This document shows positions 7,723 through 17,000 of a stretch of DNA of 38,492 bases, piece by piece. The notes below the pieces were generated by a model. The model searched no databases. It worked only from the letters and a program-made list of their open reading frames with translations, and was not told the DNA's origin. Where the stretch lies: the IMG/VR virus record IMGVR_UViG_3300022756_000003. One strand, 5' to 3'. Position 1 is the stretch's first letter. Every line of letters begins with the position of its first letter. The stretch comes from a virus. The position numbers and the translations under genes were made by a program.

Positions 7723-8877
7723 CTAGCTGGTGCGCGCGTCCCGGGCGTCGGTCGTCGCGCGGCGGGCGGTCGCGCGGGACGCGCCGTCGTCGGCCCGGTC
7801 GCCCGAGGCCAGGGCGCGCTGCGCGTTGGCCTCGAGCACCCGCGACTTGTCGCCCGAGAGGGCCAGGGTCTCCTCCTCCGTGGCGCCCAGCGCCCCGACG
7901 AAGGTGCCCTGGGTCAGCACGGCGGCCGGGTAGCTCGCCGCCCGCGAGGGCTGCTGGAGCGTCACCGGGTTGGCCGCGACCCACGCAAGTCTAAAGGTCA
8001 CGCGGAGCGCCTTCAGGTCCTGCTGCATCAGGTTGGCCACGACCAAACCGCCGGCGTCGGTGATGACCCCCTCGGTAAAGATCCGCATGTTGATATCGTC
8101 CCGCACGGCAATCTTGAAGCAGGACGTGTCGAGGGCGAACGCGAGCGCGTTGGCCGCGCCGGCGGCGAAGCCGGTGAGCCCCATCTTGGAGACCTTGGCG
8201 GGGATGTTCCACACCTCCCCGGCCCACTTCCCGCTCTGGGCGCCGCTGGCGGCGGGCCCGGCGTTGGGGTAGAGGAACCCGCGGTTGCCGTCGCGGGCGT
8301 TCCGCAGCACCCCCCGCATGGTCTGCCGGAGCAGCCAGGCGTCCGCCTCGTAGCCGTCGCTCTCCAGCAGCATGAGCGCCGCGTTGAGGTCGTCGAAGAT
8401 GTCGTGGGTGGCGCTGGCCACCGCGCCGGTCACGACGTTGCCCGCGGAGGTGGCGTCGGTCAAAATTCCGTTCGGCCACAACGAGGGCTTCCCCGTCCCG
8501 AAAAGCACGGCCCCATCAATAGCCGCCCCCATGCTCTCGGTGATCTGCGGCTTCAGGAGCGTCCAGAGGTCGTAGTCGGCGTCGTCGTAGATGGTGTCCG
8601 GGATGGGCACCAACACGGCCAGCTCCTCGGCGTTCAGGTAGAGATTGTCGAATTTGGCGTCGGACGTCTGCTTCAGTCCCGAGTCACCATTGACAAAGTA
8701 AGCCAGCGGCTTCCGGTCCAGGATGGGCAGGCGGCGCTGCTTGCGGGACATCGGCACCCGGTCGAACGTGGAGAGGGCGAAGGACTTCTCGGTGGTGGCG
8801 GTGATGATCTCGTGGGCGGCGTCTTCCGGGATCAGCGGGCCCGCTTCGGTCCGGTCGATCATGGCGCTGTACGACAT
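7723..8877 (-). CDS. Major capsid protein, HK97 fold
   Basis: 384 aa, ATG 8877. Typical N-terminal block LIPEDAAHEIITATTEKSFAL..RVPMSRKQRRLPILD..AYFVNGDSGLKQTSDAKFDNLYLNAEELAVLVPIPD..DDADYDLW…ITESMGAAIDGAVLFG. No delta domain. About 55-aa charged C-terminal extension. Confidence 0.95.
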   Translation of the reverse strand: MSYSAMIDRTEAGPLIPEDAAHEIITATTEKSFALSTFDRVPMSRKQRRLPILDRKPLAYFVNGDSGLKQTSDAKFDNLYLNAEELAVLVPIPDTIYDDADYDLWTLLKPQITESMGAAIDGAVLFGTGKPSLWPNGILTDATSAGNVVTGAVASATHDIFDDLNAALMLLESDGYEADAWLLRQTMRGVLRNARDGNRGFLYPNAGPAASGAQSGKWAGEVWNIPAKVSKMGLTGFAAGAANALAFALDTSCFKIAVRDDINMRIFTEGVITDAGGLVVANLMQQDLKALRVTFRLAWVAANPVTLQQPSRAASYPAAVLTQGTFVGALGATEEETLALSGDKSRVLEANAQRALASGDRADDGASRATARRATTDARDARTS

Positions 8878-8928
8878 ATCGGGCTACCTTCGGGGGCGCA
8901 CCCCCAGGGGGTCAGGGGCCGGGGGCGT

Positions 8929-9939
8929 CTACCGTTTGGTCAACTCGCCTCGCAGCCAATCGTTCATGGAGGGCACCCCGTTGCGTCCCCGCCCGATACC
9001 GGCGACCAGCTCGGGTTCTCCGTCGTCTTCGGCGCGCTGGGCCCGGCGCTGCGCGTTGTCGCGCTTGCGCTGGGGCCCCCCGCGCAGCTTGCGCGCCTCG
9101 TCGGCGCGCCACACCTGCTCGAGCCGGCGCAGGGCGGCGCGCACCAGCTGCAGCCGCCCGTCGAGGCCCTCCGGCAGGTCGGCCAGGAGGGGGGCGCGGT
9201 CGGCCTCCGGCAGGGCACTCATGATCGGGTCAATCGATACCCGGTCGTAGTGCTCGACCAGCCCCCGGACGAAGCCCTCCTGCTGCTGCAGGGCGTCGAC
9301 CTGCTCCTCCAGCTCGGCCGCCTTGTAGACGTCCGTCTGGCGCAGCTCCCGCGCCTGCTGCTTGAGCCCCTCCACCCGCTGCTGGCGCGTGAACCGGCCC
9401 TGCTCGTCGCGCTGCTTGTTGGCCCGCGCCACGCGCCGGTCGATCTCGCTCTGGATGGCCCGCGAGAACGGGCCGTCCGCCTGGGCCAGCTCCTGCAGCT
9501 CGTCCCCGGAGAGGGACGCCAGCTGCTGGCTGATCGCCCCGGCCCGCTCGCTCAGGGGTTGAGCGGGGGGCGCGTCGGGGCGTGGGGGGGAGGGCTCCCG
9601 GCCGTCTGCGTCGGGGCGCGAAGCGGGCTCACTCCGCGGGCCCTCCGGCGCGCCGGCCGCCCCGTCGCTGCGAACCCCCTGCCGACCGAAGAGGCGGTGC
9701 AGGAAGTCCGACGCCGGTGACGCGCGCTCCGCGGGGCCCTCGGCACCGCTCTCGGCCCGCCCGTCGGCGGGGGGAGGGGGAGGGTTCGGGGAGCCACCCG
9801 CAGAGCGGCCGTCCTGAGGGCGGCTCGGCGGCCGCCACCCGGTGTCGGGGGTGCGCGAACGCGCCGGTTCCGGCGGCGCTTGGCCCGCTTGGGGCGCTGG
9901 GGCTGCCGGTGCGGCCGCGTCCTGACCCGTCTCGCTCAC
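8929..9939 (-). CDS. Scaffolding protein candidate
   Basis: Directly upstream of the capsid gene. Pro/Ala/Gly-rich N-terminal half, then a long charged helical half (ELQELAQ…RQQRVEGLKQQARELRQTDVYKAAELEEQVDALQQQE…). GTG 9939 is preferred because the track start (9993) lies inside the predicted promoter. Confidence 0.7.
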   Translation of the reverse strand: MSETGQDAAAPAAPAPQAGQAPPEPARSRTPDTGWRPPSRPQDGRSAGGSPNPPPPPADGRAESGAEGPAERASPASDFLHRLFGRQGVRSDGAAGAPEGPRSEPASRPDADGREPSPPRPDAPPAQPLSERAGAISQQLASLSGDELQELAQADGPFSRAIQSEIDRRVARANKQRDEQGRFTRQQRVEGLKQQARELRQTDVYKAAELEEQVDALQQQEGFVRGLVEHYDRVSIDPIMSALPEADRAPLLADLPEGLDGRLQLVRAALRRLEQVWRADEARKLRGGPQRKRDNAQRRAQRAEDDGEPELVAGIGRGRNGVPSMNDWLRGELTKR

Positions 9940-9964
9940 GGTTGCGGTGGGCTCCCTGCGGGCG

Positions 9965-9993
9965 ATGGTAGGCCCTGTCAAGCAAGTAGTCAA
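9965..9993 (-). promoter_or_regulatory. Candidate promoter for the scaffold-capsid genes (TTGACT-N17-TACCAT)
   Basis: Minus strand reads aTTGCTTGACtacTTGCTTGACagggccTACCAT. -35 TTGACT = 9993..9988 and -10 TACCAT = 9970..9965, spacer 17. A 9-mer TTGCTTGAC occurs twice, 12 nt apart. This is the lowest-GC spot between two long genes. Confidence 0.45.
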
Positions 9994-10031
9994 GCAATGC
10001 GACTGAGCGTGTAAAGAACGGGGACCACCGG

Positions 10032-10063
10032 AACGCCCCCGGCGGGAGGTCGCCGGGGGCGTT
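10032..10063 (-). terminator. 13-bp GC-rich hairpin 30 nt downstream of gene 10094..11866
   Basis: AACGCCCCCGGCG-ggaggt-CGCCGGGGGCGTT. Perfect stem, but no clean U-tract on the minus strand (weak TTT on the plus strand). It could be a terminator or an RNA-processing element. Confidence 0.4.
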
Positions 10064-10093
10064 TAGGCCAAACGCGGGGGGCTGCGGCGGGCG

Positions 10094-11866
10094 CTAGCTC
10101 TGGGGGATATCCCAGTCCTGGTAACGACCATTGGACCAGACGGTGCGGGCCCGGCCCGGCTGCCCGGACGGCCCCAGGTCTTGCGCCGCGATCTCCGGCA
10201 CCTCGCTCTGGGGCGCCGCGGACAAGGGCCCGGAGTAGCGCACCTGGTTCATCAGGCTCGTCAGGTCCGGCCCGGTGGGCAGCGCCGGCAGGGGGACGTT
10301 GACGTCGCGCGCCGTGGCGGGGCTGACCCGGGCCAGCAGGCGGTTCACGGCGGCGTCGGCCAGCTCGTTGACGTTGGGCACCACCTTGCGGAAGTTGGCC
10401 GGGTCGAACGCCCCCGCGCTGAACTGGAACGGCGCCGCGGCGTTGGGGCCGCCCATGGGCCCGGCCGCCATGCGGTTGGCCAGCCCGCCGAGGTCGCTGA
10501 TGTACTCGGTGGCCCGGGTGCCCTGGCCCAGGGTGATGGCCTCCTGGCGGCCCGCCTCGCCCGCCGCGTGCGCCAGCTGCTCCCGCTGCCGGTTGAGGGT
10601 GTCGACCCGCCCCTGCTCGGCGGTGGTGCGGGTGAGGTTCTCCTGCTCGAGCTTCCGGCGCTCCTCCTCGGCGGCGGCCTTGTAGCCGGCGAGGGGGCCC
10701 TCCACGTTGAGCTGCATCCAGCGGTCGAACTGGGCCTCGGCCTGGTCGGGGCTGATCTGCCCGGACTTCTGGAGGTCGGTGAGCCGCTTCAGCTCCGTGC
10801 GGGCCAGGTCCTGCCGGCGGGACGCCTCCGCCTGGTACTGGGCCCCGGCGCCCCCGAACTTGGGCTGGTTGGCCAGCTCGGCCGCCTCCACGGTGGCCTT
10901 CTGCAGGCGGTCGGCCAGGGCCCGCCCCTCGGGGGTCTGGGTGTCGAGGTTGAAGATCTGCTGCCCGGTGCGCTTGTCGTAGCCCACCAGGCGGCCGTCG
11001 GTCGTCTGGAGGGTCTGGGGCAGGCTCTCGAAGAGCTTCTGCCCTTTGGTGCCGTCCGGCTTCTGGAGGTAGACGCTGCCGTCCGGGTCGGTGACGGTCT
11101 TGGCCGCGGCGGCCGGGCCGTTGATGGCCGTGATCTGCTTGGTGTAGGGGTCGAAGGCCCAGTAGGCGCCCTGCCCGTCGGTGATGACGCTGCTCGAGGT
11201 GCCCGGCCCGGAGGGCTGCCCGAGGATGCCCGTGTCCGGCTTGGCGCTGCCGGGGACGTAGCTCCACTGGCCGTTGTTGTAGGTCTCGGTGATGACCGCC
11301 GTGTAGTCCCGCCCCTGGGCGTCCTTCCAGGTGGTGCGGGTGGTGCGGCTGTCCCCGTTCTTGGCCTTGTCCTTCTCGGCCGCCTTGGCCTTCTCGTCGT
11401 CCCGGATGCGGTTCTCCTCGGCCGCGATCTGGGCGGTGACGGTGGTCAGGAGGGTGCGCAGGGCGGGGAGGGCCTTGCTGGCGTTGACGCCCGCCTCGGA
11501 GTTGGGGTCGGCGGAGATGGCCGCCTCGGCGGCGGCGATGGCGTTCTCCACGTCCCCGCGCTGCTTGTTGAAGTGCTCGAGCGTGGACGGGGGCGTCGCC
11601 GGCGCGCCCGGCGCGGCCGCCGCCGCCGCGGGCGCCGCGTCGGGCGCGGCCGGGGGGCGACCCAGCTCGGTCGTGCTGCCGCCGCTCCCGCTCGGCGCAG
11701 CGGGCGGCGCGGGCGGGGGCACGTAGCCGGGGGCGCCGGGGGGCGTCGACCCGGGGAGGATCGCCTCGCCCCCCCGGTTGAGGGCGCCGGCGCCGGCGGC
11801 GCTCGTGCGGTTGAGCCAGTCCGCCGCCGCCCGGCTCAGGCTGCCGATCTCGTCCCACCAGGCCAT
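10094..11866 (-). CDS. Internal virion / ejection-type protein (590 aa)
   Basis: ATG 11866 abuts the upstream stop. Pro/Ala-rich N-terminal part, then charged coiled-coil-like blocks (AEENRIRDDEKAKAAEKDKAK; EEERRKLEQENLTRTTAEQ). No enzymatic motif. Confidence 0.85.
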   Translation of the reverse strand: MAWWDEIGSLSRAAADWLNRTSAAGAGALNRGGEAILPGSTPPGAPGYVPPPAPPAAPSGSGGSTTELGRPPAAPDAAPAAAAAAPGAPATPPSTLEHFNKQRGDVENAIAAAEAAISADPNSEAGVNASKALPALRTLLTTVTAQIAAEENRIRDDEKAKAAEKDKAKNGDSRTTRTTWKDAQGRDYTAVITETYNNGQWSYVPGSAKPDTGILGQPSGPGTSSSVITDGQGAYWAFDPYTKQITAINGPAAAAKTVTDPDGSVYLQKPDGTKGQKLFESLPQTLQTTDGRLVGYDKRTGQQIFNLDTQTPEGRALADRLQKATVEAAELANQPKFGGAGAQYQAEASRRQDLARTELKRLTDLQKSGQISPDQAEAQFDRWMQLNVEGPLAGYKAAAEEERRKLEQENLTRTTAEQGRVDTLNRQREQLAHAAGEAGRQEAITLGQGTRATEYISDLGGLANRMAAGPMGGPNAAAPFQFSAGAFDPANFRKVVPNVNELADAAVNRLLARVSPATARDVNVPLPALPTGPDLTSLMNQVRYSGPLSAAPQSEVPEIAAQDLGPSGQPGRARTVWSNGRYQDWDIPQS

Positions 11867-13669
11867 CTACCCTGTCCTTCCCAGCTGCAGCAGGTCGCGC
11901 ACCCAGGCCGGCATGGGCCCGGCGTCGCCCGCGGGGGCGCCCGCGCCCGGGGCCACCGTACCACCCCGGCCGGCGGCGATATCGACGAAGTGCCCCGGAC
12001 GGTCGAACTTCTCGGCGTCCAGGTGCGGGCCGGTGGTGTTCCCCGACACGCCCACCTGCTGCAGCCGCTGCCCTTGCTCCACCCGCTGTCCGGGGCGGGT
12101 GGCGATGGAGCCCGGCTGGGCGTGGGAGAGCCGGTAGTAGTAGCCGTTGTCGCCCCGCAGGAGGGTCATCCCGCCCCAGCCGTGGTTGGCGTTGCGGTCG
12201 CGCTCGTCGGGCGCGTCGAAGACCTCCACGACGGTGCCCGAGACGGGGGCCACCACCGGCGCGCCGTAGGGCGCGGTCAGGTCGGCGCCCACGTTGCTCG
12301 AGGGCAGGGCCACCGTGGCGCCGGCGCTGCGCGCCTGGGTGCCCCCGAACGGGTTGTTCACCGCCCCCCACTTCTGGCCCGCGACGGGCCACACCTCGTC
12401 GGTCTGGGTCGCCCCGCCCGCCTCCGGTCCACCGGCGCCGCGGCCGGCCGCCAGCAGGTCGCGCACCCAGGGGGGCGCGTCGCCGGGCGCCGCGGGGGCG
12501 GCGGACGTGAGGCGGCCCCGTTCGGGCGCGTCCGGGGCCACGGGGGCGGCGCCGGTCAGGGTCGACCGCAAGTAGGACACGGCGTCGAAGTTGCGGCCCA
12601 GGCCCCCCTGCGCCCCGGCGCCGGTCTGGATGCCCTCGCCGATCCCGATGTGCAGGTGCGCGGGCGTCCCCGCCGCGTTGCCCGTGCGCCCCACGTCGCC
12701 GAGCTGCTGCCCGGCGCCCACCCGCTGGCCGGTCTTCACCTGGGGGGCATTCTTGAAGTGGGCGTAGTAGTACGTCCGACCGTCGTCCCCCAGCACGCCG
12801 ACGTTGTTGCCCCCGAGGGCGTCGTCCGTGCTCGCCCACTGCACCACCCCGGGCACCATCGCCACCACCGGCGTGCCCTCGGGCGCGAACAGGTCGCTCC
12901 CGCCCACCCCGGCCTCGGCCCCGTGGTGCAGCTCGACCTTGCCCGTGTAGCCCGCCACCGGGAACACCGCGCGGGGCGCCGCCCCCGCCTCCGCCCCCCC
13001 GCGGCGTCCGCCGCTCGCGGGGACGGGGGCCTCGGACGGTGCGCCGCCGGAGAGCAGATCGCGCACCCACGGCGGGGCGTCGCTCGGGGCGTCCGCGGCC
13101 GGGCGGGCGGCGGGGGTGGGCGCGGAGCTGGCCCCCGAGGTGCCGAACAGGTCGCGCACCCACGGGGGCGCATCGGGCGGCGCGGCGCCGCCGGGGGCGC
13201 CGGCGTCGACCGGTGCCGAGCCGATGCCCTGGCGCCCGGTGACGCCGACGGTGCGGGCCCCGTACCAGGCGCCCCAGCCGTTCTTCGCCGCCGCGTCGAG
13301 CGCGTAGTCGGTGGCGGCGCGCCACGCGGCGGGGTCGCCCGGCTGGTAGCCGGTCTGCGCCGTGAAGGCGTTGCCCATCCCGGCGGTGGTGCCGAACTGC
13401 TCGTACCCCGGCCCGCCGTAGTGGAGCTGGTACGGCCAAAAGGACTTGCCCGTGGCGAACGACCCGGTGCGGTTGGGCACCAGCCCGCCCTCGCTCTGGG
13501 CCACCTTGATGGCCACCTCGGGGTCGATCCCCCGCTTGCTCGCCGCCGCCCGGATGTAGCCTTCTACGTCGTCGCCGCCGGTGTCGCCGCCCCGCTGCTC
13601 GGGCGCGCGGTAGCTCGTCGCGCTCGAGCCCAGCAGATCGGCCACCCACGGCGGTGTGGCCGCCATCAC
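11867..13669 (-). CDS. Virion-associated polyvalent peptidoglycan hydrolase: transglycosylase-like domain plus two M23 domains
   Basis: 600 aa (GTG 13669 / ATG 13666 after GGGAG). N-terminal GIDPEVAIKVAQSEGG…FWPYQLHYGG is transglycosylase-like. M23 domain 1: LHHGAEAGVGGSDLFAPEGTPVVA…YYYAHF…GTPAHLHIGI. M23 domain 2: VGADLTAPYGAPVVAPVSG…YYYRLSHA…GPHLDAE. A motif PPWVRDLL occurs five times. Confidence 0.9.
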   Translation of the reverse strand: MMAATPPWVADLLGSSATSYRAPEQRGGDTGGDDVEGYIRAAASKRGIDPEVAIKVAQSEGGLVPNRTGSFATGKSFWPYQLHYGGPGYEQFGTTAGMGNAFTAQTGYQPGDPAAWRAATDYALDAAAKNGWGAWYGARTVGVTGRQGIGSAPVDAGAPGGAAPPDAPPWVRDLFGTSGASSAPTPAARPAADAPSDAPPWVRDLLSGGAPSEAPVPASGGRRGGAEAGAAPRAVFPVAGYTGKVELHHGAEAGVGGSDLFAPEGTPVVAMVPGVVQWASTDDALGGNNVGVLGDDGRTYYYAHFKNAPQVKTGQRVGAGQQLGDVGRTGNAAGTPAHLHIGIGEGIQTGAGAQGGLGRNFDAVSYLRSTLTGAAPVAPDAPERGRLTSAAPAAPGDAPPWVRDLLAAGRGAGGPEAGGATQTDEVWPVAGQKWGAVNNPFGGTQARSAGATVALPSSNVGADLTAPYGAPVVAPVSGTVVEVFDAPDERDRNANHGWGGMTLLRGDNGYYYRLSHAQPGSIATRPGQRVEQGQRLQQVGVSGNTTGPHLDAEKFDRPGHFVDIAAGRGGTVAPGAGAPAGDAGPMPAWVRDLLQLGRTG

Positions 13670-13691
13670 ACTCGCTCCCGCAGAGGCGCCC

Positions 13692-13697
13692 TATACT
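13692..13697 (+). promoter_or_regulatory. Candidate -10 hexamer TATACT for the opposite-strand membrane gene
   Basis: TATACT lies 14 nt upstream of ATG 13712, with GGGAG between them. The same hexamer precedes ATG 34006. Confidence 0.35.
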
Positions 13698-13711
13698 CGA
13701 CGGGAGACCCC

Positions 13712-14017
13712 ATGACCACCGCTCGCGTCCCCCGCCCCCGCCCCGAGGCGTACACCGCCCCGGTGAGCCCGCTCCTCCCGGGCGCACCCGGGCGCCTCGA
13801 GACCGCCGTCGCCCTGCTGTACCTGCCCGTCGGCGTCTTCGCCGTGTTCGGGGGGGCCATCTCGTTCCTCGTGCTGACCGCGGTGGGGATCGACGTGATG
13901 GGCGGCGCCGGGTGGTGGGAGCCCGCCCCCTTCGTCATGTGGTTCGGGGGCACGCTGGGGTTCTCCTGGGGCGTTGGCCGGCTCGAGCGGTGGCTGCGCC
14001 GCGTCATCCGAGGCTGA
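13712..14017 (+). CDS. Membrane protein (101 aa) encoded antisense to the structural operon (moron candidate)
   Basis: 3' end of shadow ORF 10181..14017. ATG 13712 follows GGGAG. Very high GC3 in this frame. Hydrophobic helices TAVALLYLPVGVFAVFGGAISFLVLTAVGI and APFVMWFGGTLGFSWGVG. It fills the 334-nt gap between two minus-strand genes. Confidence 0.7.
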   Translation: MTTARVPRPRPEAYTAPVSPLLPGAPGRLETAVALLYLPVGVFAVFGGAISFLVLTAVGIDVMGGAGWWEPAPFVMWFGGTLGFSWGVGRLERWLRRVIRG

Positions 14018-17000
14018 CCCCGTACTTCTTCTCGATGGCCTTGCGCTGACGGGCGAGCGCATCGGCATCGCGCCGCGTCTTGTTGACCAGGGCGAAGGCG
14101 TCCGGCTCCTCCTCGCGCAGCTTGGCCCGCCAGCCCCCCTCACCGTACTTCTTCTTGTACTCCGTCTCGAGCGACTGGGCCCGGGAGATGGCCGCGTTCT
14201 GGGTGCGCACCTCGTCCGGGGTGCCCTGCACCCCCACGTACTTGGGGACGGCGTCCCACTCCCGCTGGGCCTGCTGCTTGGTGCCCCGGGTCACGCCCTC
14301 GCCCAACACCACGTCGGCCCGGTCGGCGGCGGTGCGCAGCGCGTCCTGCAGCGCGCTCTTCTTGCCCGCGTCGTCGAGCTTGGCGTACCCCGGCTTGGCC
14401 ATCGCCTCCCGCACGGTTTTGCCGGTCTCGCTCCCCAGGGCGCGCTGCGCGGCCCGGCGCTGTTCGGGGGTCGGCTTCGCCCCCTCGTACGCCTCGGTGC
14501 GCCCCAGCACGCGGGGTTGGAGGCCGAGGCGGGCCAGCTCGAGGCCCTCGTCGGTCTGCACGTCACCCCGCTCGCCCCAGTACCGGGAGAGGCCGGTCCC
14601 TTCCCGGCGCTGGTCCTCCCCCGTCACCGGGTCGATGCGGGTGGGCACCAGCGCCCGCAGCCCGGTGCGGCTCGCCACCTGCTCGGGGAACGTCTCCGCC
14701 TGGCGCTCGTAGGGGTCGGCGGCGCCGATGATGGTGGTGAGGGGCCCGGTGAAGCGCGAGGGCTGGCCGGCCAGGAGCGACCGGGTGGCCCCCGCCGCGC
14801 CCTGGGGGCCGTTGACGGCGTCGACGAAGTCGACCATGTCAGACAGGTAGCTGGCCTTCAGCCCCCACCGCCAGGCCGCGTTGTAGCCGTTCTCGAGCAC
14901 CGCGCCGGGGTCGCCCCCCTCCGCCTGCGCCTTGCGCGCGGCGTCCAGCGTGGTGGCGATGGCGCTGGCCTGCATCCCCAAGGAGCCCAGGTAGCGGCTG
15001 GGGATGCGCTGCCCGGTCGGCGTCGCGACCGTGTTCCACTGCTCGCCCTGGGCCTCCCGGCGCCGGCGCTCGTTGGGGTCGGCCGGCGGGTCGCCGGTGA
15101 CGCCGCCGTTGAAGTAGGCGATGGTCAGGGCCGTGGTCGCCGCCATCCCGGCCGCGGCCCGCCCGGCGAACTCCCGCGCCGCGGCCGTGTCGCCCCGCTT
15201 GAGCGCGCGCACGAGGCCGACCCCCGCCTCCGCCGGCACCAAGGAGCCGATGGTGGCCCGCAGCAGCCGTTCGGGCATCAGCACGTAGGGGGCCATGCTG
15301 GTCACGGCCGCGGCGACGCCCTTATCCAGCAGGCTGGCGTTCGGGTCGCGGATGGCCCCCTTCAGCTCGGTCAGCTTCTTGGCCACCGCCGAGTTGGGCC
15401 CGCCCCAGGTGGCGAAGTCGCCGGCGGACTGGGTCATCCGGGCCGTGTCGGCGGCCCCCAGCCGGTGGCGGGCGGCCCGGGCGCCGGCGCCGGCCTCGTT
15501 GACCGTGCGCCAGAACTCGTCCAGGGCGGCGTTGGCGCGGGTGCCGGCGGTGAGGACGGTGGGGGCCAGCCCGCCCCGGGAGAGCAGGTCGCCGCTGGTC
15601 TGGGCGCCGGTCATCCCGGGGTTGAACTGGGTGGGGCCGGCGCCGAACGCCTCGCGCACCTTGCGGCCCGCCCCGGGGAGGGAGCGCACCATCCCGCCGA
15701 GGTCGACGAGGGCGTCGATGGGGCGCCCCTCGAACGCCACGCCCGCAACGCGCTCCACCGTCCGGGCCATCCCGGAGGTGAAGTTGGCGAGCTGCGACGT
15801 CGGCGCCGCCAGCGGGATCGCCCCCATCAGCTCGGGGATGTCCCCGAGGGTGATCCGGCCCCGTCCCGGCGGCGCCCCCCGGCCCGCGGCCCCGGCGGCG
15901 GCCCCCAGCACGTCGTCCGCCAAGGTGCCGGAGGCGACCCGCCCCAGCTGGCGCAGGTTGGCCCCGCCCAGGGCGCCCGCGGCCGACCCCAGGGCGAAGC
16001 GCCCGGCCCGCTCCTGCCACGTGGCGTCCTCGTCCGCCGTCGCGGCGGCGGCCACGCCCCCGGCCGTGCCCGCCGCCAGGTCGAAGGCCCGCTCCCCGGT
16101 CGTCTGCGCCCCCCGGGCCAGGAAGGGGTCGGTGGCGCGCGTGGCCGCCCCGAGGAGGCCGTCGCCGGCAGCGGCGCCCTCGGGCACGACCCCGGCGGGC
16201 AGCACGTCCTCCAGCCCCTTGGCGGCGAGGTACTCCCGCGCCGCCCGCTCGCCCTCCGCGCCCTTGCCCACGGCCAGCAGGCGCAGGTCGTCGGCCGCGG
16301 CCTCGCCGTCGGCCCCGCGGCGCCAGAGCCGCTGGATGGCGTCGAACACCCGCTGCTCGGCCTCGCCGTCCACGGCGCGCTGCGCCTGCTGCTCCGGCGT
16401 GAGCCGGGGCATGCGGAAGCGTTGCCCGCTGCGGATGCCCAGCCCGCCGGCCTCGTCCGCTTCCGCCGCCGCCGCCTGCCCGAAGCGGTACGGGACGCGC
16501 CCCAGGACGTCGCCCACGCCGCTCAGCACCTGGGGGGCGGCCGTGGCCAGCTCCCCCACGCCCGCGCCCATGTTGGCGCCCTCGAAGCCCCGGGTGACCA
16601 CCCCCGCCGGTGGGGCGCCGGCCGCGATCCCGGTGCCGATCCCGAGGGCCGCGCCGGCGGGGGCGAGGGCGGCGGGAGCGGCGCGCAGCCAGCTGGGGGC
16701 GTTCGCCGCCAACCCGCCCTCGATGGAGCCGATGGTGCCCCCCGGCCCCACCGTCGACATGACGCCCTGCGCCGCGGCCTGCGTCTCCGGGAGCCCGCCG
16801 GCCGCCCCGGCCAGCTCGCTCGCCACCTCCCCCGGCGCCGTGAAGGGGGTCGTGCCCACCTGGAAGGCGCCCGCGGCCTGGGCCGGCAGGTCGGCCCCCT
16901 GCGGGCCGAACCCGGTCATCGCCTGGACGGCCTGCCCGGTCTTGTTCTGTACCCGCCCGAGGCCCTGCCACGCCTCACCCCCGGCGCCGGCCAGCACGCC

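Noticed and set aside
9990-13787. 1265-aa minus-strand ORF
   Set aside because: It is out of frame over two same-strand genes that have clear domains and coupling. Its composition is an R/G/P-rich shadow.
10181-14017. 1278-aa plus-strand ORF
   Set aside because: It is an antisense shadow over the hydrolase and 590-aa genes. Only its last 101 codons (13712..14017), which fall in a minus-strand gap and have their own RBS, were kept.
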